Part shown: positions 17,868 through 28,066 of the stretch, in pieces
Layout of the letters: each line of letters begins with the position of its first letter
Position numbering within the stretch: the first letter of the stretch is position 1
DNA from: an uncultured Clostridia bacterium
GTDB lineage: Bacteria; Bacillota; Clostridia; Christensenellales; CAG-917
Assembly (NCBI GenBank): GCA_944332995.1
Contig: CALVKR010000008.1
Location: forward strand, 5,125 to 69,124
Length of the DNA: 64,000 nt
Reading direction: 5' to 3'
The notes under the pieces: generated by a model
What the model was told of the DNA's origin: nothing
Seen by the model: the letters and a program-made list of their open reading frames with translations, nothing else
Databases searched by the model: none
Translations under genes and position numbers: made by a program

Positions 17868-18074
17868 ATGAATCAGTTCTCGACAAGAATCTATGAATTA
17901 AGACAGGAAGCCGGTATGACCAGAGCGGAAGTCGCTTCAAAGCTCGGAGTCTCCGTCCGCACCGTCTCCTATTGGGAAAACGGCGAGAGGGAATGCTCGT
18001 TTGACATGCTTTTATCCATCTGCGCCCTGTTCAACACTACAGCCGACTACCTGCTCGGAAAAAGCGAATATTAA
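17868..18074 (+). CDS. XRE-family HTH transcriptional regulator (68 aa)
   Basis: RIYELRQEAGMTRAEVA..LGVS.RTVSYWENGERE, TTADYLLG. Confidence 0.9.
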   Translation: MNQFSTRIYELRQEAGMTRAEVASKLGVSVRTVSYWENGERECSFDMLLSICALFNTTADYLLGKSEY

Positions 18075-18102
18075 ACCGCAAACGTGAAAATGTTTGCGGT
18101 TT
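18072..18102. terminator. Hairpin/terminator after the first XRE gene
   Basis: taaaccgcaaac-gtgaaaat-gtttgcggttta. Confidence 0.6.
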
Positions 18103-18419
18103 AAGACAATAAAATAATTTTTTAAATTTTATTTAAAATATTCGTATAAATTTTACTATTCTTTGCTCGTATTATCTTTCCGCCTCAAACAGCATAAACC
18201 CTAACAAGAAAAAGAAATCGTCTTGCAAAAATTGGTCTTCCAAAGTTTCAAAGTTTTCAATCAGCCATTCGTTGTCAACAAAACTACAAAAAGCGTAGCG
18301 GAATCTATTACGTTCAAAGAATATATTTTTTAATTTTCGCTTATAATTTAGATTATAAAATTTAATATGTCAAGCCTTTTATTTAAATTCTGGTAGTATT
18401 TATGTGTGGGGATTTAAAT

Positions 18420-18743
18420 ATGATTAGACTTCTGGAACTTAGATCAGAAAAGAAACTCTCTCAGCGAGATATGGCAAAAAAGTTTAATATCAGTCAAGGA
18501 ACCTACAACAATTGGGAAAACTCCAAGACTGAACCGTCGGTCGAACAACTTATTCAGCTTTCCGATTTCTTTGACGTGTCTGTTGACTATCTTATCGGAA
18601 GAAGCGACTCTTATCAATATGAATCAAAGCTCGAACCCAACGTCAAAAATTTCCAGATGCTGAAAATCTTTAACAACCTTTCAGAGGAAGACCAGGACGC
18701 ACTTATCAGACTGTTAAGTAACGAGAAAAATAAAAAATTTTAA
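18420..18743 (+). CDS. XRE-family HTH transcriptional regulator
   Basis: LLELRSEKKLSQRDMA..FNISQGTYNNWEN.KTEP, VSVDYLIG. Start at ATG 18420 (GGGGA upstream); 18402 is an alternative. Confidence 0.9.
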   Translation: MIRLLELRSEKKLSQRDMAKKFNISQGTYNNWENSKTEPSVEQLIQLSDFFDVSVDYLIGRSDSYQYESKLEPNVKNFQMLKIFNNLSEEDQDALIRLLSNEKNKKF

Positions 18744-18931
18744 TCGGTTAGTGCGGTTTTATCTGCCGGTTTATCTTACTTGCCGTTATATTTCATTTGC
18801 CGTTTTTCAACGGACATATTTTCACCTCAATTTATACAAACAATTTTCTATACAAACAAATTGCAGTTTTGCTCTTTTATTCTCTTAAAAATTATGGTAT
18901 AATATCAAAAATCAAAAAAAGGAGCTTTACA

Positions 18932-19222
18932 ATGTGCTTTAAAAAGGATAAAAAAACAAAAGAAAATAAAAATACCAAAAGTTCAGACAAAAATCAATCC
19001 CAAAAGGAAAGCACCGCAAAAAAGAATACCGCCAAAAACTACCATGTTTCAAAAAACGAGGACGGCAAATGGCAGGTCAAGTTTGCGGGCGGCGAAAAGG
19101 CAATAAAACTTTTTGACACGCAAGCCGAAGCAATCGACTATGCAAAACAGCTCGCCAAAAACCAAGACGGCAACATTACTATTCACAAAAGGGACGGAAA
19201 ACTGAGAAAGCAAAAATATTGA
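18932..19222 (+). CDS. DUF2188 family protein
   Basis: NYHVSKNEDGKWQVK..G.EKA...FDTQAEAI..AK.LAKNQ...ITIHKRDGK. AAGGAG SD before ATG 18932. Confidence 0.8.
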   Translation: MCFKKDKKTKENKNTKSSDKNQSQKESTAKKNTAKNYHVSKNEDGKWQVKFAGGEKAIKLFDTQAEAIDYAKQLAKNQDGNITIHKRDGKLRKQKY

Positions 19223-19416
19223 TTGGACTTTCTTTTGCGCAATCTATCATTTTGCTCATTATCTCTTTGACAATCCGATTTTCAGGCGAGGCTATATCCG
19301 CTCATGCGCCGCACGAATGTTTAAGGCAAATCGAGCCACTCGCTCACGCCAAACGGCAAATTGAAATATGAACAAAACGCATTATCGGCTGTAATTTTAA
19401 CAATATCAAACAAAAC

Positions 19417-19445
19417 AAAACCGCCTTCATAGGCGGTTTTTTATT
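19417..19445. terminator. Bidirectional intrinsic terminator
   Basis: aaaaccgcc-ttcata-ggcggtttttt. Confidence 0.8.
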
Positions 19446-19494
19446 TTGGTCAGCCCTTTTTAATTTCAAAAAATTTCCCTGCCTTGAAAGCCAC

Positions 19495-20850
19495 TTAGTT
19501 TTTAAAGCTGTGAATGGGCGCAGGTATAAGCCCTCCCCTTTTGATAAACTTATCGGCGCCGCTTTGGTGCACCGGCATTATGGGACATTTGCCCAAAAGT
19601 CCACCGAAGTTTACCCAATCGCCCACTTGCTTGCCCGGGCAAGGAATAACTCTAACGGCGGTTGTTTTGTTGTTTACCATACCTATCGCCGCTTCGTCTG
19701 CTATTATTGCCGAAATCGTCGAAGCGGAAGTGTCGCCGGGGATAGCTATCATATCAAGCCCTACCGAGCAAACGCAGGTCATCGCCTCGAGCTTGTCAAT
19801 GGATATCTTGCCGTTTTGCGCCGCCTCTATCATTCTTATATCTTCCGAAACGGGGATAAACGCACCCGAAAGACCGCCCACACGCGAGCTTGCCATAACT
19901 CCGCCCTTTTTGACTGCGTCGTTGAGCATGGCAAGTATCGCCGTCGTTCCGTGAGTGCCTACGCTCTCGAGCCCCACTTCTTCCAAAATGGCGGCAACGC
20001 TGTCGCCTCTTGCAGGCGTGGGGGCGAGTGATAAGTCAACGATTCCGAAACGGGCGTTAAGCCTCTTTGCCGCCTCCGTCGCTATAAGCTGCCCTGCCCT
20101 CGTTATCTTAAAAGCCGTCTTCTTTATCGTTTCGGCAACGGTCGTGAGGTCTGCTTCGGGAATGGCTTTCAATGCGTGCTCCACCACTCCGGGGCCTGAT
20201 ACGCCCACGTTTATAACAGTGTCCGCCTCGCCTATTCCGTGGAAAGCGCCTGCCATAAAGGGATTGTCCTCAACGGCATTGCAAAATACCACAAGTTTAG
20301 CACAGCCAAGCCCGTCGTGCTTTGCCGTCATATTCGCCGTTTGCAAAACTATCTCGCCCATAAGCCGCACGGCGTCCATATTTATGCCCGACTTAGACGA
20401 ACCCACGTTGACGGACGAGCAAAGGCGTTTCGTGTTGGCGAGCGTATAAGGTATCGTCTTTAAAAACTTTTCCTCATAGTCCGCCGTACCCTTATGCACC
20501 AAGGCTGAGTATCCGCCCAAAAAGTCTATGCCTATCTCGTCGGCGGCTCTGTCGAGCGCCTCGCCCACCAAAAAGGCGTCGTCGGGAAAACTTGCCGTGA
20601 TTATGCTTACAGGCGTCACCGACACACGCTTGTTTACGATAGGTATGCCGTATTCGCCCGAAAGACTGTCCGCCGTCTTTACGATATTTTCACCCTTTTT
20701 GCAAACGGTATCGTATACCGCCTTTGCCGTATCCTTTGCGTTTTGACGGATACACGGCAAAAGAGATATTCCCATGGTAACGGTCCTTATGTCAAGGTGC
20801 TCTTTCTGCACCATATCTATTGTTTCAAGCACGTCGAATTTATTGAACAT
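19495..20850 (-). CDS. PFL family protein (DUF711/UPF0210)
   Basis: [50 protein letters not shown]. Confidence 0.9.
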   Translation of the reverse strand: MFNKFDVLETIDMVQKEHLDIRTVTMGISLLPCIRQNAKDTAKAVYDTVCKKGENIVKTADSLSGEYGIPIVNKRVSVTPVSIITASFPDDAFLVGEALDRAADEIGIDFLGGYSALVHKGTADYEEKFLKTIPYTLANTKRLCSSVNVGSSKSGINMDAVRLMGEIVLQTANMTAKHDGLGCAKLVVFCNAVEDNPFMAGAFHGIGEADTVINVGVSGPGVVEHALKAIPEADLTTVAETIKKTAFKITRAGQLIATEAAKRLNARFGIVDLSLAPTPARGDSVAAILEEVGLESVGTHGTTAILAMLNDAVKKGGVMASSRVGGLSGAFIPVSEDIRMIEAAQNGKISIDKLEAMTCVCSVGLDMIAIPGDTSASTISAIIADEAAIGMVNNKTTAVRVIPCPGKQVGDWVNFGGLLGKCPIMPVHQSGADKFIKRGGLIPAPIHSFKN

Positions 20851-20865
20851 TATCCCACCGCCCGA

Positions 20866-21135
20866 TCAAATATTGTGCATAGCGTTGAAGATATCTTCAT
20901 GCTGAAGGTGTATGCTCATGCCGATAGATTCGCCCATCTTGGCGCACTCCGCCGCCAAAACGGACAGCTCGCCCTTTATCTTAGAAATATCCACAAGCAT
21001 TATCATGGCAAAATACTCGCCCAGAATAGTCTGCGAAATATCCTCGATATTTACGTCCCTTTCCGCCAGAAAATTGCTTACTTTTGCAATTATGCCCTTT
21101 TTGTCCTTGCCCGTAACAGTTACAACCGCTCGCAT
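20866..21135 (-). CDS. ACT domain protein (UPF0237)
   Basis: AVVTVTGKDKKGIIA, NIEDISQTI, QHEDIFNAMH. Usual partner of DUF711. Confidence 0.9.
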   Translation of the reverse strand: MRAVVTVTGKDKKGIIAKVSNFLAERDVNIEDISQTILGEYFAMIMLVDISKIKGELSVLAAECAKMGESIGMSIHLQHEDIFNAMHNI

Positions 21136-21394
21136 ATTATCTCCTTAAACAAACCAAAACTTCTTTATGATTTATCCCAAAATCAAGTCCGATTTTGATT
21201 TGCCGTCAAATAAATTTTTATCACAATTTCTAAATTATAATATCATAAAACAAAAAACAAGTCCACATTTATACGGGACTTGCGTAAAATTTAAATTTGA
21301 CTTTAATAACAAAATATGCGGTAAAATTTAAATACCTTAAATGCTTTAAAAAAAGCTAAATGGCTGTTTAAGCTTAATTAAACCATTATAAATT

Positions 21395-22153
21395 TTAAAC
21401 GTATTTTGCTATATTATACCTCTTTCCGCATACCGTTTTTTTGCCGTATTGAATTGCCTTACTCGGACAGCTGTTTATACACCTCAGGCATTGATAGCAG
21501 TTCCCTTTTTTCCATACGGGATTGCCGTTTTCAAGCTCTATTGCCTTTGACGGACAATTTTTGGCGCATGAGATGCAGGATATGCACTTGTCCTTTTCCA
21601 CCCAAAAAGAAGAAGTTGAGCGGGCAAACCTGTTAAAGACTTTATTTATCATTCCCGACTTGACAGCGGCAAGCGAGCCCACGTGCACTCGGTATTGCTT
21701 TTTGCCTTCCGAAATTTCCGCCGAAATTTTATCTATCTCGCCCTCGGCACTTTTTATCTTGTTTAAAACAACCTCGTCGCTTTCAAGTTCGCTGCCAATC
21801 ACATAGTTGTTTGGCATGGCAATGCTGTATGCGCTGCAAAGCGGATATATTTTTGAAAGTTTTTTCATTGCCGCCCCTGCGTCCTCTCCGCAGGTGCATA
21901 TCCCGAACGTAAAAGCGGTTGTTTGCTCGTTTGCGCCCTTAAGATTTTTCACGAAGTCCAGCATAGGCTCGGGAACACCCCAGGCGTATACGGGAAAAAC
22001 AAACCCTATATACTTTTCTGCCACGATTTTTTGCTCGGCGTTTAACTCGGCTAAGTCCAACGAGATAATATCGACCGCTTTATCGTCTATCTTATCCGCA
22101 ACCTTTTTTGCCACCCACTCGGAATTTCCCGTTCCCGAAAAATAGAAAATCAT
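21395..22153 (-). CDS. EFR1-family flavodoxin/ferredoxin fusion
   Basis: YFSGTGNS, FPVYAWG, MPNNY, two CxxCxxCxxxCP motifs. Confidence 0.88.
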   Translation of the reverse strand: MIFYFSGTGNSEWVAKKVADKIDDKAVDIISLDLAELNAEQKIVAEKYIGFVFPVYAWGVPEPMLDFVKNLKGANEQTTAFTFGICTCGEDAGAAMKKLSKIYPLCSAYSIAMPNNYVIGSELESDEVVLNKIKSAEGEIDKISAEISEGKKQYRVHVGSLAAVKSGMINKVFNRFARSTSSFWVEKDKCISCISCAKNCPSKAIELENGNPVWKKGNCYQCLRCINSCPSKAIQYGKKTVCGKRYNIAKYV

Positions 22154-22250
22154 AAAATATTACCTCATACCAATATTTGAAGATTTTTTATCATATTATA
22201 TTTTACATTTTTAATTGCAAAAAACAATACTGAAAGAGTTAAATTACTTA

Positions 22251-23576
22251 TTACTTTATATACAGCACCGCAAGCGTCTCTATGTGGCAGGTTTGAGGGA
22301 ACATATCGAAAAGGTTGACGGATTCTACGGTATAGCTATCCGACAGGATTTTTATGTCCCTTGCAAGTGTTGCGGGATTACAGGATATATAAACTATTTT
22401 TTTTATGCCGCTGTTTTTGACCTCTTCCAAAACGGCACGGTCGCAACCTTTGCGGGGCGGGTCTAAAAGAGTGCAGTCAAAAGGCAATTTCCCCTTTTGC
22501 GCTTCCACGAATTTGCCGGCGTCGGCGCATACGTTTTTGACTCTGTCGCTAAAACCCAAATCTCTCATGAGATTGTCTGCTCCGCGCGTGGCGGACGGCA
22601 CTATCTCCACCGCCGTTATTTTTGCCGACGGCAAACGTGAAGCTATCTGCGCCGTCAAAAGCCCGACGCCGGAATATAGCTCGAGAACCCTGTCTCCCTC
22701 TATGCTTTCCGCCGCCTTATCATACAGCATTTGCATAACTTCAAGGTTTACCTGCAAAAAGGAAAGCGGAGACACGGCCGCGCTGAAAGCGCCGAGCGAC
22801 TGTTTTTGCTCCTTTCCGAAAATAAGCGAAACGGTATCGCCCATTATGACGTTGGTGTTTTTCGTGTTTTCGCTTATATATAGCGCTACCTCGCCGAATT
22901 GCGCCTTTAGCCTTTCATACAAAACCTCTGCTTTTGGCAGACTTTTGCCGTTTATGACGACGGTGACGGAAAGAGAATCTATCATTCTTGCAACGAGGTG
23001 TCGCAAAAGTCCCTTTTTAGTCTTTTCGTCGTATACGGAAATTTTAAACTCGTTTGCATAATCGCACACTATCTTAATGAGCGACTTTAGCCACTCGCCG
23101 TGCAAGGGGCAATATTTGAGCGGAACGACGTCATGTGACGACTTCCCGTAAAATCCTACGACTACCCTGTCCCCCTTTTTACCAAACGGAAGCGAAAGTT
23201 TGTTGCGGTATGCCCATTCGTTTAAATGGAATACGTTTTGAATGTCGACGCTTATGCCCGCTATCTTCTTTAGCGTTTTTAATACGTTCTGTTTTTTGAC
23301 TTCAAGCTGATATGGATATTCGAGGTGCTGAACGTCGCACCCTCCGCATTTTTTAAAATGTATACAAAAAGGCTTGACCCTGTGCGGCGACGAGTTGACA
23401 ATTTCCAAAACCTCGCCGAACGCCATATCCTTTTTGCAATGGACGATTTTGGCTTTTACCTTTTCGCCGTCTACGGCGTAAGGCAAAAAGACGGGTATGC
23501 CGTCTGACTTTGCTATTCCCTCGCCGTTTATCCCCATATCTATAACGTCAAGCGTCAAAATATCGCCTTTTTTCAT
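22251..23576 (-). CDS. rlmD: 23S rRNA (uracil-C5)-methyltransferase RlmD/RumA
   Basis: TRAM domain, CxxxxxCGGC cluster, SFLQVN, LDPPRKG, YISCNPATLARD, DMFPQT.H.E. Confidence 0.92.
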   Translation of the reverse strand: MKKGDILTLDVIDMGINGEGIAKSDGIPVFLPYAVDGEKVKAKIVHCKKDMAFGEVLEIVNSSPHRVKPFCIHFKKCGGCDVQHLEYPYQLEVKKQNVLKTLKKIAGISVDIQNVFHLNEWAYRNKLSLPFGKKGDRVVVGFYGKSSHDVVPLKYCPLHGEWLKSLIKIVCDYANEFKISVYDEKTKKGLLRHLVARMIDSLSVTVVINGKSLPKAEVLYERLKAQFGEVALYISENTKNTNVIMGDTVSLIFGKEQKQSLGAFSAAVSPLSFLQVNLEVMQMLYDKAAESIEGDRVLELYSGVGLLTAQIASRLPSAKITAVEIVPSATRGADNLMRDLGFSDRVKNVCADAGKFVEAQKGKLPFDCTLLDPPRKGCDRAVLEEVKNSGIKKIVYISCNPATLARDIKILSDSYTVESVNLFDMFPQTCHIETLAVLYIK

Positions 23577-23615
23577 AACTCAATTTTACACCACAACAAG
23601 TTTTAACACAACAAA

Positions 23616-23642
23616 AAAAGATTGGCAATGCCAATCTTTTTG
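23616..23642 (-). terminator. Intrinsic terminator after citrate synthase
   Basis: aaaaaagattggc-aat-gccaatcttttt. Confidence 0.8.
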
Positions 23643-23768
23643 ACTTTATAATATTTGCTTTATAACGAAAAAGAGATTATTTCAATGCGTTGCGATGCGC
23701 TTGACAGATGATGTTAAACGTCGCTTTTTAGTTGAAAAACATTAAGATTGAGCATTTTAAAATGCTCT

Positions 23769-25115
23769 TTACTTTCTGTCGTCGATATTCTTATACGGTC
23801 TTATCTTGACGGTGTCGATATACGCAGGACGAATAATCTTATCGGCGTTGATGAGTTCCTCTAAGCGGTGCGCAGACCAGCCGACAATCCTCGCTATGGC
23901 GAACATAGGCGTATAAAGCTCGACGGGAATACCCAGCATACTGTAAACGAATCCGCTGTAAAAATCCACGTTTGCCGAAACCCCCTTATATATCGCCCTT
24001 TCGTTGGCTATCGCCTTTGTGGCAAGTCGCTCGACGAGCTCGTAGAAAGAATAAAGTTTGTTTTTGCCCTTTGATTTTGAAAGCTGCTCAACGAAACGTT
24101 TGAAAACCTGCGCTCTCGGGTCGGACAGCGAATACACGGCGTGTCCCATACCGTAGATGAGTCCTTTGCGGTCGAACACCTCTTTTTTCAATATTTTAAT
24201 AAGGTAAGCATAAACTTCGTCTTCGTCTTCTATATCTTTGACGTTTTCGCGTATATGCTTCATCATCTGCACCACTTTGATATTTGCGCCTCCGTGCTTT
24301 GGTCCTTTGAGCGAGGCGAGCGCTGCCGATATTGCCGAATATGTATCCGTTCCCGACGATGTAACGACTCTCGTGGTAAAGGTTGAATTGTTTCCGCCTC
24401 CGTGTTCCATGTGCAAAATGAACGCAAGGTCCAAAACTTTTGCCTCGAGCTCGGAAAACTTTTGGTCGGGACGGAGCATTCTCAAAAAGTTCTGCGCTGT
24501 AGAGAGAGAATCGTCGGGACGGTGAATGTATAAGCTGTCGTCGCAAATAAAGTGATTATAGGCGTGGTATCCGTATACGGCAAGCATTGGGAAAACGCTT
24601 ATCAGCATAAGGCACTGCTTTATGACGTTGGGCACGGAAATATCGTCCGCCTTTTTGTCGTATGAACCGAGCGTCAGAACGCTTTTTGAAAGGCTCATCA
24701 TCATGTCTTTTGTGGGCGCTTTTAAAATGACGTCGCGCGTAAAGTTTTTGGGGAGTTTCCTAAGCTGAGATAGCGTTGCGTTAAACTCGTCGAGTGCGCT
24801 TTTGTCGGGAAGCTCACCGAGGAGCAAAAGATGCGCCACTTCCTCAAAGCCGAAGCGGTCGTCTTTCATTAGCCCGTCTACAAGCTCGTTTATGCTGTAA
24901 CCGCGATAATAGAGCTCGCCCTCGCAAGGCATATTTATGCCGTCTATTTGTTTACATGCAACTATTTTGGAGATATTCGTGATACCTGCCACTACGCCCT
25001 GTCCCGATTTGTCTCTTAGCCCTCTTTTGACGTGGAATTCGTCGTAAAGCCCGGTATTGACGGGATAAATTTCACGGCACTGCTTTTCATACTTTTCTAT
25101 AACTGTCATATCCAT
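23769..25115 (-). CDS. gltA: Citrate (or 2-methylcitrate) synthase
   Basis: GELYYRGY, HMEHGGGNNSTF, GPKHGGAN, GMGHAVY..SDPR, ANVDFYSG, RIVGWSAH. Confidence 0.9.
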   Translation of the reverse strand: MDMTVIEKYEKQCREIYPVNTGLYDEFHVKRGLRDKSGQGVVAGITNISKIVACKQIDGINMPCEGELYYRGYSINELVDGLMKDDRFGFEEVAHLLLLGELPDKSALDEFNATLSQLRKLPKNFTRDVILKAPTKDMMMSLSKSVLTLGSYDKKADDISVPNVIKQCLMLISVFPMLAVYGYHAYNHFICDDSLYIHRPDDSLSTAQNFLRMLRPDQKFSELEAKVLDLAFILHMEHGGGNNSTFTTRVVTSSGTDTYSAISAALASLKGPKHGGANIKVVQMMKHIRENVKDIEDEDEVYAYLIKILKKEVFDRKGLIYGMGHAVYSLSDPRAQVFKRFVEQLSKSKGKNKLYSFYELVERLATKAIANERAIYKGVSANVDFYSGFVYSMLGIPVELYTPMFAIARIVGWSAHRLEELINADKIIRPAYIDTVKIRPYKNIDDRK

Positions 25116-25325
25116 ATCTGCCTCCTTTTAATGCACGACAATTTTTGAAAGGATATTTACTTTCCGTTTAAAAGGATAAAGAAAAAATGTTTCAAAATAA
25201 GAAGTGCAAAAGAAAAAAAGTACCGTTCAATTGTACACCAATTAAGGCATATAGGCAACAAAAACAATAAAAAAAGACCGAATTTAACGGCCTTTTTTGT
25301 ATAATTTTTGCATTGCTTTAAAAAA

Positions 25326-25610
25326 TTACTTTGCTTCTTTCTCGTAAACGCTCACTTTTTTGGAATCCTTGCCGAATCTTTCAAACTTGACGACGCCGTC
25401 AGCCAAAGCAAAAAGCGTATCGTCTTTGCCTCTGCCTACGTTGTTACCGGCATGGAATTTCGTCCCTCTCTGACGAACGAGAATGTTTCCCGCCAAAACG
25501 AATTGACCGTCCGCACGCTTGATGCCAAGCCTTTTGGACTCACTGTCACGACCGTTTCTCGACGAGCCGACACCCTTTTTATGAGCAAACAATTGTATTT
25601 TAATAAACAT
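25326..25610 (-). CDS. rpmA: 50S ribosomal protein L27 with Prp-cleaved N-terminal extension
   Basis: [29 protein letters not shown]. Confidence 0.98.
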   Translation of the reverse strand: MFIKIQLFAHKKGVGSSRNGRDSESKRLGIKRADGQFVLAGNILVRQRGTKFHAGNNVGRGKDDTLFALADGVVKFERFGKDSKKVSVYEKEAK

Positions 25611-25944
25611 TGTTTTTAACCTCCAAATTGATATAGTCCGAAAAACCTTCGTAGAGGTCGGACGCCCCTAAATAGAGAGTTTTCAGAACGACGTCGGCGT
25701 CGTGCGCCTCAACTTCCGTCATATGTTTGGGGAGTTTTACCATAAGATAGCCTTTTTCCTCGTCCACTTTATAGTCGACGTTGATTTTTGCCACCTGCAT
25801 AAGCCCCAGGACTGCCGTTTGCACTATCGAGCTGAGCGCCGCACATACCACGTCGTAACCTTCGACGTCATAGCCCGTGTGCCCCTCGCACTCGACTGCC
25901 GTTATGAAGTTTGAATCGTTTCTGAAAAACCTGATTGTAGTCAT
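25600..25944 (-). CDS. prp: Ribosomal-processing cysteine protease Prp
   Basis: GHTGY...G.DVVCAALS motif, located between rplU and rpmA. Confidence 0.93.
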   Translation of the reverse strand: MTTIRFFRNDSNFITAVECEGHTGYDVEGYDVVCAALSSIVQTAVLGLMQVAKINVDYKVDEEKGYLMVKLPKHMTEVEAHDADVVLKTLYLGASDLYEGFSDYINLEVKNNVY

Positions 25945-25945
25945 A

Positions 25946-26245
25946 TTAACCTATCGATACAATTTTAAGTTCCGTATAGGGTTGACGATGACCTTGACGC
26001 TTTCTGATTTGTTTTTTCGACTTATAGTGGCAAACCAAAATTTTGGCGAATTTGTCCTGCTTTGTAACCTGAGCGGTAACTTTGCCGACGTTTGCGCCTG
26101 TTTTGACTGCACCCTTGTCGTCTACGAGCATCAAAGCGTTGAGTTCGACGTTTGCGCCGACTTCGGCGTCGAGTTTTTCGACCTTAACAAGCATATCTTT
26201 CTCGACTTTGTATTGCTTGCCGCCCGTTTCGATAATTGCGTACAT
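25946..26245 (-). CDS. rplU: 50S ribosomal protein L21
   Basis: MYAIIETGGKQYKV, RKRQGHRQPYT. Confidence 0.98.
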   Translation of the reverse strand: MYAIIETGGKQYKVEKDMLVKVEKLDAEVGANVELNALMLVDDKGAVKTGANVGKVTAQVTKQDKFAKILVCHYKSKKQIRKRQGHRQPYTELKIVSIG

Positions 26246-26257
26246 AAAACATACCTC

Positions 26258-26322
26258 CTCTAACCAGTCTCGCTGAGCATAGGTGACGCGATTGCATACT
26301 TATAAACCACTCTCATGCGGCT
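26258..26322 (-). promoter_or_regulatory. Probable L21 leader RNA; promoter TTGACA-17-TAAAAT at 26359-26331
   Basis: The 5' UTR ...gcgtcacctatgctcagcgagactgg... resembles the Firmicutes L21 leader. The match is from recall, not a covariance search. Confidence 0.55.
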
Positions 26323-26571
26323 CGTAAAGTATTTTATCATAAACCTAAAACGCTGTCAAACAAATGACGCCCGTATAAAGACATAATTTTCAAAATGCAA
26401 TTTACTTTCTTTTTATTTTTTTGCCTGTTCGCTTTCAAATTTTTTACTTGTCCTCTTTAAAATTCTTGACCGTTTTTTTAATTTTTGTCCTGTTCGTTTT
26501 TATTTTCCTATAGTCTTAAACTTTTGCCCGCCGTTTTTAGATTTTTTTACATACATCCTCTTTAAATAATA

Positions 26572-26594
26572 AAAGGCGGAAAATCCGCCTTTTA
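26572..26594 (-). terminator. Intrinsic terminator after trpB2
   Basis: aaaaggcgga-aaa-tccgcctttt. Confidence 0.8.
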
Positions 26595-26655
26595 TTTTAA
26601 CGAAATATCGTTTTAAGCTTGAGCGATTATTTAGTGTTTTAGCTTAAATCCGAAC

Positions 26656-28029
26656 TTATTCCACTTTCGGAAGCTTAGCGAGAGATTTTCCTATTTCCTC
26701 GTCCGTCGGGATATAGTCGCTCATCTCGCCGTCGTTATATCTTTGATATGCCACCATATCGAAATATCCGGTGCCGGTGAGTCCGAATAGAATAGTTTTT
26801 TCTTCACCCGTCTCTTTGCACTTTGTCGCCTCGTCGATTGCCGCTTTTATTGCGTGTGCGCTTTCAGGCGCCGGCAGAATGCCTTCAACCTTGGCAAAAT
26901 ACTCTGCCGCTTTAAACACCTCTACCTGACCTACCGACGTTGCTTCCATAAGTTTGTCGTGATAGAGCTGACTGAGCACCGCACTCATACCGTGATAGCG
27001 AAGCCCTCCGGCATGGCTTGCCGACGGCATAAAGTCCGCACCGAGAGTATACATTTTTTGCAAGGGACAAATTGCTCCCGTATCGGAAAAGTCGTATGCA
27101 AACTTTCCTCTCGTAAAAGACGGACAGGAGCTCGGCTCCACGGCTATGAAACGGTAGTCGTTTTCGCCTCTTAACTTTTCGCCCATAAACGGAGAAATAA
27201 GTCCGCCGAGGTTTGAACCGCCGCCCGCGCAACCGATGATTATATCGGGTTTGACGCCGTATTTATTCAGAGCGGTTTTGCACTCTAAACCGATAATAGA
27301 CTGATGAAGCAAAACAAGGTTTAAAACGCTTCCCAAAACGTAGCGGTATCCTTCCGACGTGACCGCCCTTTCAACCGCTTCGGATATGGCACAGCCAAGA
27401 CTTCCGTTGTTGCCGGGATGCTCTGCATTTATTTTTCTGCCTACAGCCGTTTCCATTGAAGGAGAAGGCGTGACAGATGCGCCGTAGGTTCTCATCACTT
27501 CTCTTCTGAAAGGCTTTTGCTCGTAGGAGCATTTAACCATAAACACTTTGCAATCGAGACCGAGATATGCGCACGCCATAGAGAGAGCGGTTCCCCACTG
27601 TCCTGCGCCCGTTTCGGTGGTGACTCCTTTGAGCCCTTGCTTTTTGGCATAGTATGCCTGAGCGATAGCGCTGTTGAGCTTATGGCTGCCCGACGTGTTG
27701 TTGCCCTCGAATTTATAATAAATTTTAGCGGGGGTACCTAGTTTCTTTTCGAGGCAGTAAGCTCTGACAAGCGGTGACGGACGGTACATCTTGTAAAAAT
27801 CGAGAATTTCCTGCGGTATGGCAATATAAGGCGTTGTATCGTCCAATTCCTGAGCTACGAGTTCGTCGCAAAAGACAGCCTTGAGCTCGTCGGCGGTGAC
27901 GGGTTTAAACGTCTGACCGTTAAGGAGCGGAGCAGGCTTCGTCTTCATATCCGCGCGGAGATTATACCACGACTTGGGCATCTCGCTTTCGTCAAGATAG
28001 ATTTTGTAAGGAATTTGTTGCTTACTCAT
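26656..28029 (-). CDS. trpB2: TrpB-like PLP enzyme (tryptophan synthase beta, TrpB2 type)
   Basis: 457 aa. YYKFEGNNTSGSHKLNSA, TETGAGQWG, GCAGGGSN, AGGLRYHG, APESAHA. Confidence 0.93.
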   Translation of the reverse strand: MSKQQIPYKIYLDESEMPKSWYNLRADMKTKPAPLLNGQTFKPVTADELKAVFCDELVAQELDDTTPYIAIPQEILDFYKMYRPSPLVRAYCLEKKLGTPAKIYYKFEGNNTSGSHKLNSAIAQAYYAKKQGLKGVTTETGAGQWGTALSMACAYLGLDCKVFMVKCSYEQKPFRREVMRTYGASVTPSPSMETAVGRKINAEHPGNNGSLGCAISEAVERAVTSEGYRYVLGSVLNLVLLHQSIIGLECKTALNKYGVKPDIIIGCAGGGSNLGGLISPFMGEKLRGENDYRFIAVEPSSCPSFTRGKFAYDFSDTGAICPLQKMYTLGADFMPSASHAGGLRYHGMSAVLSQLYHDKLMEATSVGQVEVFKAAEYFAKVEGILPAPESAHAIKAAIDEATKCKETGEEKTILFGLTGTGYFDMVAYQRYNDGEMSDYIPTDEEIGKSLAKLPKVE

Positions 28030-28066
28030 ATTTTTATTCTCCTTTTAAAGTATTTTCGACTTTGAC

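Noticed and set aside
13465-18743. Prophage
   Set aside because: Repressor-like genes are present, but there are no structural, terminase, lysis or adjacent integrase genes.
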